From positions 1,054,001 through 1,118,000 of the forward strand of contig JAMWBK010000008.1 of assembly GCA_029953675.1 (NCBI GenBank): DNA of 64,000 bases, in the 5' to 3' direction. The DNA is from Rhodosorus marinus CCMP1338. Taxonomy: Eukaryota > Plantae > Rhodophyta. The position numbers were made by a program, and so were the translations under genes. Shown in pieces: positions 53,276 through 64,000 of the stretch (its first letter is position 1; every line of letters starts with the position of its first letter). The notes under the pieces are model-generated. The model was not told the DNA's origin, searched no databases, and saw nothing but the letters and a program-made list of their open reading frames with translations.

Positions 53276-54294
53276 TTTCGGCGGGAACTGGGGACAACCT
53301 GTCCCAACCCATGTTGACTGACTAAGTGAAAATTCAGCTTATTCGATTTTATGAGGATTTGCGCAAACCTTACTCGATTATTGTAGAAAAGGAAAATGGT
53401 CGAATCTCATTGCAAACGAGGAGAATATTCAGTCATTATAGGCATTTACTTGACTGAAACTATCCATTGGCCCCGGTTGATTTCGTACTTTGGATTGAAA
53501 ACAGTGGTTCTGGTGAGGTTCGTTTGCCTCCTCGGTATGTCAGATCGGTCAGGTTATGCATCTTTAGGTCATTTTCGCCTAAACAAAATCTTGTCCCCTC
53601 TATAGCTGCAAACCGAGTAGCCTACTACTCAAGTCAGGGTCCAAAATTGTGCTAAACCGAACCCTGAAGCGATGCCCTGCGTGTCCGGGATCTGACTCGC
53701 TAACGGCACAGAATCCCTTAGAAGCATTGGATTCTCTTGGCTCATCCAGCAGTACATTGCCAAGAAGAGAATGGGTAATGATTTCCGATGCGATTCGACA
53801 AGAGCCAATTGAAAACACTTCCCCAGGAGTCCTCCGTTCAGGGGCCTTGTGCCCTTGTTGGCTTTACTCTTCGCCCGCTTCGCTTCGCAGAGGTCAGGGA
53901 GCCCATCCCCACAGTCTGCGATCCGGACCCCCGACTTTGAGAATGTGATTTGTCTTCTCCTGCTGACGATCACTAGACGAGGGACTGCATAAAACCTCGC
54001 TAAACACTTGGTAGTCTCTCACCGTCCTCCCCTGTATGTCTTAGTCTGCAGCGCGGCCTGTTTTGGAGCGCTTTGCGTTTCCCGGTGGAGAGACCAGGAC
54101 CTCCGGGTCTTGTAACGCGTGATATCGTGATGGCGTACGGCATGACCTGCGCTCTGCCGAGCGGGTTTACGTTGTTTCGCTTGTACGGCCTCTGGTTGGT
54201 TGTTTGGCAACAAAATAGTACCCAGGATTTTTGATGTTGGCATGTGCTAAATAGGGATTGATTTGCCAATCATTTTATTGATTTGGGCGGGAAA
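53276..54294. promoter_or_regulatory. E2F-like sites upstream of DP
   Basis: TTTCGGCGGGAA at 53276-53287 and TTTGGGCGGGAAA (reverse complement TTTCCCGCCCAAA) at 54282-54294. Confidence 0.45.
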
Positions 54295-55013
54295 CGAGGG
54301 TCCGGCTTCTATGGTGACTATCCGCAGGAGATGCCATTCGCCTCATCGTGACTACGGTTTAACATTTATCGGTGTTCCCTAAGCCCTCAGAGGTACAGAT
54401 GGTGATGTGGCGCATGAACGACTAGTGGGTGTAACTCAAAGAGCTCGCCCGGCCATAGGATTGGAATCACTCCGTGACTTTCGAAAGCAACTGGCATCTC
54501 GGGGTTGAGTGGCTGAAAAAAAGGAATGTAGTAGCACGAGGATTCTCCGTGGGTCCTTATCCCTAGTAAACCTTTGCCAAGATCAAGGGTTTACCGATCA
54601 ACCACATTAGATGCTTGCAGCCCCAGAAATCCCGCTTATGCACAGCTGTTCTCAACTTCCCTCTGGGAAATTGACGAGTAGATTGGCCCGTAATCTTCAG
54701 TTCTTCTCTCTGGCTTTGCATTACAGCGTTCATTTAGATGCCCTCCGCTACTACCAGTCTGCTGGTAGTAGTCTCGCGCTCCCAGTAGGATCCATGCCCC
54801 CCGAGTGCTTGCAGTTTTCATCCAGAGCCTTCCTCAGCAAACGACGTGGTCTTGGAAGGCATGCCCGGAATCGCTCGAGCGTTTCGTGCTCCAACAAGCC
54901 GTTGCCAGCTGCATGAAATGCTCGTACAATTACCAGGCGCTTGTTAAGCAACCCACCAACATCGTACGATTTCGTTACCAGACAGACACTAGACCACCAC
55001 CCTGTTAAAACTC

Positions 55014-55192
55014 ACTAATGTGTACTATGCAATACTAACGTTGAGGTCTTTTGGAGGTTGTCAGTAAGACAGGCTGTCGCGTTTGATTTGAGTGTGGGGA
55101 CGTTCTCACACACCAAAATCAAAACGGGACAGCCTGTCTTAATAAAACCTGCAGCAGCCCTCAACGGTTAGTATTGCATAGTACATATTAGT
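55014..55192. other. Long imperfect fold-back element (MITE-like or hairpin-RNA-like)
   Basis: 55021-55039 TGTACTATGCAATACTAAC is the exact reverse complement of 55167-55185; 55066-55078 pairs exactly with 55128-55140; the intervening segments also pair up to a tiny loop near 55100. Confidence 0.92.
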
Positions 55193-55485
55193 ATCGCGTA
55201 CAAGGTTTTTTGTGGAATGGAATCGAGTGGTTGTGGGGATGTGGTGTCTTATCTCTTGACACCTTGTTTGGGGAGGTTATTACTTGAGCAGACTCTCGAT
55301 CTTGTTGACGTGGAAAGGGCTTTCAAGGATTTGCGTAGATCTGATGGGCAATTTGGTTTATGTAATTTTATGATTTCGTGGAAACTGGAGGATTTTGGGG
55401 CGGTTGTTTTCTCCGGGCGCGATTTGAGCGACTGTATTGAGGGTTTTACGTGTGGCTTAGTTTTTGCCGTACGGACATTTTGAGG

Positions 55486-56487
55486 ATGGGGAATGCGTGG
55501 AGTTCTCTTGTAGAGTCTTTATTTGGGAAAAAGGAAGTTCGGATACTGATGCTGGGGTTGGATAATGCCGGGAAGACGAGTATTTTGTGTAGGTTGATAA
55601 GAATTGGTTTGATCGTAGTTCTGCTCGAACTTGGTTTCATGAAAGCTGATCGACTTCGGGCTACGCATCCCTTTCTTTTTGTTTTTTGATATGATCTGAA
55701 GACCGATTGAAGGACGGCGCGCACATAAAAACAGTTCCCAGTGCGTTGTCCTATTACATAGACTCTCGCTGTCTGGCCCAGGATTTCTAACCTAAAATTG
55801 ATGCCTCTCTTCTTGCAGCGATTGGATTCAACGTTGAAACCCTGGAACTGAATAACCTGCAGATGCAAGTATGGGACCTTGGGGGTCAATCAAGTATTCG
55901 ACCGTACTGGTGAGCATGATGGATGAAAGTGGTATCATCCCCCCAGTCACACCGTTAATAGTTTCGTTCTGGGTATTCCTAGGCGTTCATACTACCAAAA
56001 ACAGGAAGCTATTATCTTCGTTGTCGATAGTACAGATGTCGATCGATTAAGCATTGCGAAGGAGGAACTCTTGTCGATTCTAGAGGTGACGAGCCGCAAC
56101 CGGTCGCACCTCCGGTATCCCCTTTGGCTCAAAAAATACTAACCAGACCCGATAATTCGAATGGAAACCTCTTCAGGAAGAGGAGTTGCAAGAAGCTATT
56201 CTTTGCATTTTCGCCAACAAGCAGGACGTGAGAAACGCTCTGAACGCGGCAGCAGTGGCGGAAGCGCTTGGGCTTAATGCTGTGGACAACCGAACATGGA
56301 CAATTGTGGGAACATCCGCAACAAAAGGCACTGGCCTCGATGAAGGACTGAAATGGTTAAGTCTCGTCTCATCATGAACTCTATCAGAACGCTTCCAGTA
56401 TAGGAGATCAAAGAGCTTACCCTGTCGTCTTCTCCCAATCCGTTCTACTTTTCCTGCGGCAGGTTGTCCGCAAATTTGAAGACGTGA
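55486..56487 (+). CDS. ARL1: ADP-ribosylation factor-like GTPase, ARL1-type (6 exons)
   Basis: Spliced MGNAWSSL...[16 protein letters not shown]|YRLK..TVP|[21 protein letters not shown]|RSYY..FANKQD..TSATKG..W|LSANLKT. Confidence 0.88.
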
Positions 56488-58317
56488 GGATGCATCTGTA
56501 AGAGTGAATTATCACAGACGATGAGGAAAACCGAGATAAGTTAACAAATTATTGCCGTATGAAGAGCTCGCTTCAGTCATCAGTTGGGCAATGCTATGGC
56601 GCCACTACCACCGCAGGGTCACGCCTGGAATTCTTTGAAGACGTTTGACCTTGAGTCGGGCTTTTGCCGGTGCGTAATTCTTGAAAGCTGTGGTTGGAGA
56701 CTTGGAAGCGACTCTTCCGTATCGGGACATGGCCAAAATCTATGACGGTGTGAATAAACAGAACAGAACCTGCTAAACTCATATTCCCGTGCACGAGTGA
56801 GTAGTTCATGCTCGGCGCTCGAGTACACCCGGCGTGATCGGCACTGGGCATCGAAGACATTTCGAGCGCCTACAGCCGTCACCAGACGACGAAAAAAAAC
56901 TTCTCATTTCGCGATCTTGGTAACGATTCTACTGAAAGAATCGCCTGCCGACAGATATCCCGATGATAAAACGCCTGTGAGTTAGAAAGCAAAGAACGGT
57001 AACTGCGTCATCAAGGAATCGCTCGGCGGAGAATTATTCCCAAACCTGTATTAGCGTGCTCAAAATCCTTCGAGTTCTTAGTTCGCACCTGGCCTAAGAC
57101 TGATTCGGTTCGACGGCAACGAGTTGCTCGTGTTTTCTTGTTAGCATTCTAGAGTTCACCCCAAGCGGTCCTTCCGCACACAACGTTTGCGTGAACGCCT
57201 TTGACATTAGCAGACTGCTCACTCGTTTAGTAGATCCCCAGAGCAGGGCATCTCCGGTCTTCTGAACTGTCAAAGACATTCAGCTTATGCGTAGGAAATC
57301 TTCATATAGACGTCGACGCTTCCACGTGGATTCTATCCTAGTCCCATAACTCAAAATATAAAAGCGCACGCCGAAAGATTCAATCTCCAAAACCCAGCAG
57401 CAATCAAAACCAAGCCGAAACTGTTATCAAATTTTCCCGCCATACGAAGTATCCACCAAAGCCGAAGGTGGGGAGCTTGGGTTGACCCTCTTGAACAGCA
57501 ACAGTTTTCTTCATCAGCGTATTTATATAGCCACCGCTCTAATGCACGCGCCCGATTCTAATCCGTTCCCAACTCTTCCGACGCTGTTGCTCCGGTGGTA
57601 GCTCCAGTCTCCCACTACAGAAACCTACTACACCAAAGAGTTTAGGGTGTGGTCTAGAGATTCTGTAGAACTCTACATATTATACTGCTACTCGCCTTGC
57701 CACCCTCCATCCTTCTCCTTCTCCTCCACTAAATGCAAACCTACCTCACCGAAACCCCCCGAAACCCGCCCTACAAGCTATTAAAACTTTTTGTTTTTCT
57801 ATACTACGTTCCATTGAAATCGCTGCTGGTCAATGAACGATCAACGAAACCCAATCTAGTTATTTTCTTGTTTTCCACTTGTTTTTTGATAGAAATAGAA
57901 TCCATGAGCAAGTCTTCTTCACAGTCGTGATCGGCAGCAAAGAAGTCGTGCTGTGACTGCTTTGAGTGGTACTCTGTTGGAGGAAGGGGGGGGATAGGGT
58001 GTGGGAATCTGTTGAATTGATTGAGGGAGGTGACAGGGTAACATCCATCAGAATCTACTTGATAATGTTCTGAGGTGTTTTGTTGACGACAAAGGATTTC
58101 ATCCATCAGACGGAATTGGATGAGGTAGGAGGTATCCAGGTTGGATATTTCGAATCGACGTGTTCGGGAGGATAGAAGAGCTGTGGGCAGGTCTGTTGTG
58201 GTTGATATAGTTTCGAGCCCTCTGAGGTCTCTTGAGATTCGTGGGTTCATGGTGAGGCGTATGTTGCTCCGTTGGCACTGTGCTGAGCAAGTTGTGTGAC
58301 GGGATATCCGGTTTTTT

Positions 58318-58340
58318 GGGGGGTGGGTGGGGTGGGTGGG
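58318..58340 (+). promoter_or_regulatory. Canonical G-quadruplex motif 65 nt upstream of the FNR-like start codon
   Basis: GGGGGGTGGGTGGGGTGGGTGGG (five G-runs, 1-nt loops). Confidence 0.6.
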
Positions 58341-58405
58341 CCGTGTGGAGGTTTGTTTTTGAAGAGATTTAGCGGCTTTGCTCTGTTCTTCTTGAAGGAA
58401 GAGAA

Positions 58406-59594
58406 ATGGACTGCACTAGACAATGTCGTGTCCTGTTCGTAGGAAATTTTGGTGTCAAGCTTGGGTCGGCGGAATCGGTGACGTCACGGAGGAGGAGCAG
58501 GGGATTGCTTGTGCATGCATCTGTGCAGAATGGTGATAAACGACTTGCCATCGGGATTCCAGGGGAACACCGGGCAGCTGTTGTCTCGAAGTCTAAGAAG
58601 GTCTATTCAGGAAAAAGGTAGAGAGAACCGAACATGTCCGATTTGTATGCTGCATTGCTTGGACAATTCTGATCTATTTGATTCGGTTGCCGAAAATCTT
58701 CCCAGGCAACTAGTGCATGAGGAACAATCAGATTTGCCACCAGTACGCTCAGTACTGGCATACGCGGCACTCGTAACAGTAGCTGCAGCAGCTCTGACGG
58801 TGGTGATGAGGGGTAAACTCCCCGCCCTGTTTCAGTCAGCAGCGAGTCCGACTTCTGAGGAGGCTGCACTCCCCAGAGAATCCACCTCAAGAGCCAATGT
58901 TGTAGCAGCTCAAGACTTTGCGCCAGGCTACAAGAAATTTCGAATCTCTCCATTTACACCACTGCAAATGGAGCTCGGGCAGAAGGTGATGATAGACTCT
59001 AACGGACTTCAAGCATCAGCCACACTTGCATCAAAGAGAGATAGTTCGACGGTGGAAGTCATATTGCCCTCCTCTGGCGCAGGGACGGGCTGGTTGAGCG
59101 AGCCTATGCCCACGATAGCGGTAGCGGAACAGCTGGGGGCTGACTCTGCGGACGTTTCACTTCGGGTCATCAGGGATTCTGGGCTTCGTTATGACGGTCA
59201 GGATATGGAGATTCAAAAGCTAGCTTTCATCGTAGGAACTTCTTCCGCGATTGCATCTGCTTGTGTGCAAGTAACAGAAATTCTTGAGGACCAGGACACA
59301 TCAGTGCAGGAGGTGACGCTTGTTGCATACTGCGACCGAGCAGAGGATTACGGGGAGTCGCTGTCCATGCTGGAGTCGCTTGAAAGGAGATTTCCCGGGC
59401 GAATCGACGTTCGATGTACATGGACTGAGGAAGACGAAGAGACGGTTCCCGAAAAGCTCATAATTGATAGGGTACCGCCGTGGAGCTCTAACTCAATTGC
59501 CGTAATATTGGGTCCGAAACTGTTCCATGAATCGCTTTTCCGGCTAGTTATTGATGAGGCGCTCTATCCAGAGGAATCCGTGCTTGTCGAGTAA
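58406..59594 (+). CDS. Membrane-anchored, degenerate FNR/cytochrome-b5-reductase-family protein, probably plastid-targeted (2 exons)
   Basis: Transit-like exon 1 (VLFVGNFG..RRRSRGLLVHAS) splices GK|RQLVHEEQ; TM segment VLAYAALVTVAAAALTVVM; NAD-domain-like KLAFIVGTSSAI..VTLVAYCDRAED..RFPGRIDVRCT..AVILGPKLF. Confidence 0.65.
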
Positions 59595-60175
59595 AGTCAA
59601 CTCGTGTGTTTTTTTGTCTTCATCATCAGTGAGCCAATCAATTTCTCATGCACAGATCCGCCTCCACTGAGCTTTTCGAATGAGCTGTTCAGAATGCAAC
59701 CATAATTCGAACAATCACGATACGCTGGGAGCTGACAAGAGTCGAATCGACTCTGTTGCTGGTTGCTAGTCCAGTTGAACTTGGACTGAGAGGCCATCCA
59801 TTAGGTTCTGTCCAACAAGACAGTCTGAGACTTGTTCTCCGCGTCGGACTCATCAAGCCTACAACAACAATGATTGATCGGGTCCATACGAAACCTTCAC
59901 CTTGTGATAATCCGAGTAGTACGCACCATTCACAGCGATTCTGTCCGTTGGGCAGTTCAATGCCCTTCAGGTGCGTTCGTGAGGATTTCACGTCTTCTGC
60001 ATGGCAATTCAATTGTTAAGGGGGCTAGCGCGGATGCTGGTGTTGGGGTGTCCACAGACAACTTATGGACAGCTAAGACAATTCTTGACTGAAATAAAAT
60101 GCTGAAAAGCCTGACTTTTCGTCTGGTCGGAAATGACACTTTCGTTTAGTTTGCTTCGCAGGAGCCGTATACCTG

Positions 60176-61470
60176 ATGGAGGGAGGACTCTACACAGAGG
60201 ACTTGGGTACGCTGGGACCTGAAGAGGGTCTAGTGAAGCTGGGAGGTTTAGTGGGCGGAGATGAAAGACTTGAAGAGAGTTTGGCGAGGGAGATTTTGAT
60301 TAAGCGAGATGTATGGATATGGGGGGTGGATTTGAGCTCAAATGAGTTGAGTTTTGAGGCAGTTGGGCGAAGCCAGGGTCTTGCAAAACTGAGGCGTGGG
60401 CTTATTTCGATAGACCTTTCAAATAACCGTCTGGATTTAATTCCGAGAGTGGTGGTCAGCAGCTTGTTGAATCTCAAGGTCTTGATGTTGGCGAATAATA
60501 GAATACGTGATGTCATTCCCTTCTTAAGCCAGCTGAAATCTCTGGAGGCGCTCGACCTGTCTGGAAACCTCCTAACTTCTCTACCAGTAGAACTATCAAA
60601 GCTGGAGAATCTGCGGACGTTGTCAGTATGTAGGAACAAACTTCGGAGCTTGCCACCACAGTTCACCGATTTGAGAAAACTTGAGAATCTATACCTTTCT
60701 GGAAATGATATGGGACCGTCGGTAAGCGATGATAGAGCCTCTCTGTGTCCTTCCCCTCCCATTTAACCTCTTGGTTCCCCTGTTTTCTGGTTCTCTGTAG
60801 ATTCCACTAGTAGTCTACCACATGACTTCGCTCAAATCGCTAGGACTGAACCGAAACTATATTGACCACGTGAAACCTATCGTGTCACAACTGGAGAATC
60901 TCCAGGTATTGTCCCTAGTGTACAACAGCGTCGAATACCTTCCATTGGCTCTATTCAATTGTAAGAACCTGCAGAGGCTGAATCTCTCTAACAACAAGCT
61001 GAACTCCATCCCGCCGGACATTGAGAAGCTCACGGAACTTGAGGAGCTCTACCTCGATTCAAACGACCTGGCAGTACTTCCGGAAGAAGTCGGATCCTTG
61101 CCAAAACTAAAAGTTCTTTCCGTTCTAGAGAACCCACAGCTGATTGGAATACCAGCCGGACTGGAAAACCTTGAAGAGGTAAGCCGCTACCCAAATGGCT
61201 CTCTCGTAGGTCCATCAGAGGCACTGGCGTCATTAGACGATCTTCAACATCATGCAAAACCTCAATTGCTCTGATCTCACAGTCGCTTTGCTCTCGCTTG
61301 CTCAGTTGGGCTTCAGTGGAAGTATGGATAAATGGAAGGATGCGTCTAATAGTGGGCAACTGAAAAGGGTTTGGAACAGGATCGCCAAGCATAAGGAGGA
61401 TCCTGACTATGTTGAAATCGGGACGAAGACAAGGGGTCATATGCCGAGTTGGTTCCACGGAGGCCGGTGA
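60176..61470 (+). CDS. Leucine-rich repeat protein (3 exons)
   Basis: About 10 LxxLxLxxNxLxxLP repeats (e.g. LEALDLSGNLLTSLP, LQRLNLSNNKLNSIP); GTAAGC donors at about 60722 and about 61180. Confidence 0.92.
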
Positions 61471-61810
61471 AAAGGTGCAGGTCATCGGGTTCCATTCTAG
61501 GTGCTCCGTGATTCATGCAAGGATGAGGGTGCTTGGAAGTGGTTGATCCGTAACGGAGCCGTTTCGGTTTTAGAATGAAATCTTCACAGACCGCGAAGAA
61601 TTTGGCCTGCGAAGACATTGCAGAATTGTTGACATTGTCTTCCTTTGTATTGGGTCCTCGTTACCAACTGCCGTGTTGTAGTATTTAGGAATCCACTGTA
61701 TATTTAGTTTAAAGTAATACCATCCCAAGCGACTTGCAATGGTCTGTTGGTGGAGAAAGTCATACGTTTCTGCGCAATCAACCCTGAATGTCGCTTCCTG
61801 AACGGCGTGT

Positions 61811-62352
61811 TTAGAGCGCAGATATTCCGGATATGATAACCAAGGCAACTGCTACAAGAACAAAAATCGTAACCGCGGATATGACTTCCATCGCCCTGTA
61901 TACAACAAGCCAGTTCAAAAATGGGACAGGTGGTAAGCCGTAGTCAGGAGAAAGAGCAAAATCAGGCCGTGCATGTGTCTGTTTCAAATGCTATTGTTAA
62001 CCCACCCTCGCCCTTTGTCGAAGTGAACATGAGCCGTGCTTTCGGTTTTCGGAATCATGGGCATGATCGAGCCAACTTCCTCCATCTCAGACGTTGCCAG
62101 GAAATCTCCCTCGTCCTCCTCGACTTCGTCCTTGCCAGAAGTCATATTCTCCAACTGCTTCACTATCCTTACAGATACCGGCGCATGTCCTATGGGTTCA
62201 GGACGGAATGACTCTTTTTTCTTCAGTGCATTTTGGGCCTTTCCTCCGTCCACTAAAGGAGTAGTTTCTGAACTCATTCCAGCCTCAACATCCTTCTCAT
62301 CGAAAAACTGAATTTTCTTTAAGCCTTCCTTCTGGTATTCCATGTTTTCCAT
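61811..62352 (-). CDS. Small acidic tail-anchored membrane protein (2 exons, predicted)
   Basis: A GTGGGT...TATACAG intron gives ...HFDKGRG|AMEVISAVTIFVLVAVALVIISGISAL-stop, a C-terminal TM helix. Confidence 0.5.
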
Positions 62353-63774
62353 ACAAGTTCAACCTCAATACCCTTCCAAAAAGAAAAAAAACGCCTTGAC
62401 TAGACCCCGCTCAAGATCGAGTAATCTCCGGCAGACCCTCTCTTACTTTGCAAACTCTTTCCAGTGCTCTCTCTCTCAGATACTTTCGATATTAACTCTA
62501 ACAAACGTACTTCACACAAGCCCAAATCATCGAGCAGAAATTCCTAAGTAAACCTGTTCATCGTTCAGCTTCCGTATCCACATCCTACCGATTCCAGTCT
62601 CATCCCCCCCCCAAACCTCAGTACTCTACGATTCCCAGATTTCTAACGGATTCGGAGCTTAAGAGTACTAGTACTATATATATTACCAATCCAGAAAGTA
62701 CTGAAGGATCGGAATGGATAGAGACTCTTCCAGGAAATGATCCAGCTTCAGGATGGCTAGTTCAAGTTTGGATTTCAAAATTCATGACAAGGGGTTGCAG
62801 AGATATGTTCTTCTCAGATCTGGACCGACGACAAGAGTACATCAGCAAAGCAAGGATAAGCAGCCGAATTCGCGGGACAACGCACGGGTAGGTATCGAGT
62901 AGGAGATGCAGCTCGATCGAATCTTGGGTATCAATATCTCATAAGAAACGATTCAATAGATCCATCGTTCTGAGGTTGTATGTATTGCAAAGACAGCAAC
63001 AGCCACAGAAAGCGACTCTGAATGCAAAAACTAGTACACAAACGTATTCAGAGTCTTTTTTCAGCGACAACCATCCGTCGTATGTAGGACTGCCAATTCA
63101 ATCTTGAATGTCAGAACCGAAATGTTTGATTGGAATATGACCTTAGCAGGTCTTGTATCTGGTTTAGAGCACTCCTACTCTCGCTAGCCGTTCCCCCATC
63201 TCTCTGTTTGGTTCCGCATGTCAAAGACTTTGGGTGGTGTGGGTAACGTGGGTCGCGAACGTTATGCAACGTTGGGAATTTTACACTTCCACACTTTTTA
63301 TACTTTAGTACTTTTAGTACTTTAGTACTTTTATTGCTTTTTTATAATTTGTTTTACTTTTTTACCTTAAAAAGGGCGATAATGGATATTTTGAAATGGG
63401 ACGAGAGAATTGGTTTTTTATTGCACGGACTTAGAAATTAGCTCCCAGCGTGGTACGATGGCTGTAGCTTTAAAGATCTCTCTATCGTCTTTCGTTATGG
63501 CTAGCGTGCTATTTCCTAAAGATCTAATTCTAAAACCTTTTTCCATTAGACGGCTAAGGCTGATACCGTTGAGCCCCCTCCTAGTAGTTATATTTTGTCT
63601 GCAGAACACGAAGTATCTCCTCTTGTGTCTAGCTCCACCGTGCCCACTTCGTTAGTGTATCGGTGTACCCGACCCCGATTGTGACATCGTTGAACCATTC
63701 GCTTGGGAACATCGGGGTTCACTAGAAGACTAAGGCTGATTACGCTTATATATATAGCTCTATATCGACCTTTT

Positions 63775-64000
63775 TTACGGGCCATTGCCGAGCGACGTCA
63801 CTGTGCCAGACACCCGCTGAACGTTTCCGACTTTCGGCATGATCCACCGCCACTCGTTGCCGTCATCTTTGTCCGCTCGCAGCTAGAACACTCAAACCTC
63901 ACAGGCACTGGATTGCTCACGTCTACCCCTCCGTCGTCTTGGAGTTCCTTATCTCATACGCGCTGCGATGCAGATTTGAAGACAATCTGTTCATTATGCT
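63775..64000 (-). CDS. 3' end of a spliced gene running off the window edge
   Basis: HNEQIVFKSASQR|GTATGA...GTTCTAG|LRADKDDGNEWRWIMPKVGNVQRVSGTVTSLGNGP-stop. Confidence 0.45.

Noticed and set aside
57804-58250. 148-aa minus-strand ORF as a gene
   Set aside because: No recognisable domain, low-complexity composition and overlapping competing ORFs; it cannot be supported without expression data.
63296-63335. TTTAGTAC x3 as a telomeric or interstitial telomere repeat
   Set aside because: Only three irregular copies in T-rich DNA, and not a telomere unit I recognise.

Overview
This is eukaryotic nuclear DNA, gene-dense, with short GT-AG introns (about 65-200 nt, CTRAC-type branch points), so most ORF-track entries are exon fragments or antisense shadows. 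Plastid-type genes with M-x-F-V or FV transit-peptide starts suggest a compact unicellular red alga (inference). Genes recognised after manual splicing: V-ATPase subunit a, a DenD-like extended SDR, a stand-alone EgtD, a myristoylation-motif parvulin, CCT1, RNase H1, a fibrillin-like protein, MCM6, a HemD-like protein, an F-box protein, a tandem RIIa-D/D microprotein, a divergent cullin, a SAM/Pro-rich/coiled-coil protein, a GATA factor, Prp6, DP, ARL1, a degenerate FNR-family protein, an LRR protein and several hypotheticals. Unexplained non-coding structure: a ~180-nt long hairpin (55014-55192), a 248-bp x2.7 tandem repeat, a degenerate duplicated coding relic, two perfect 12-bp palindromes, an E2F-site cluster upstream of MCM6, and G-rich sense-strand leaders. 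No rRNA, tRNA, CRISPR array or autonomous transposon was recognised. No multi-gene novel system could be established; the most unusual items are listed as findings.
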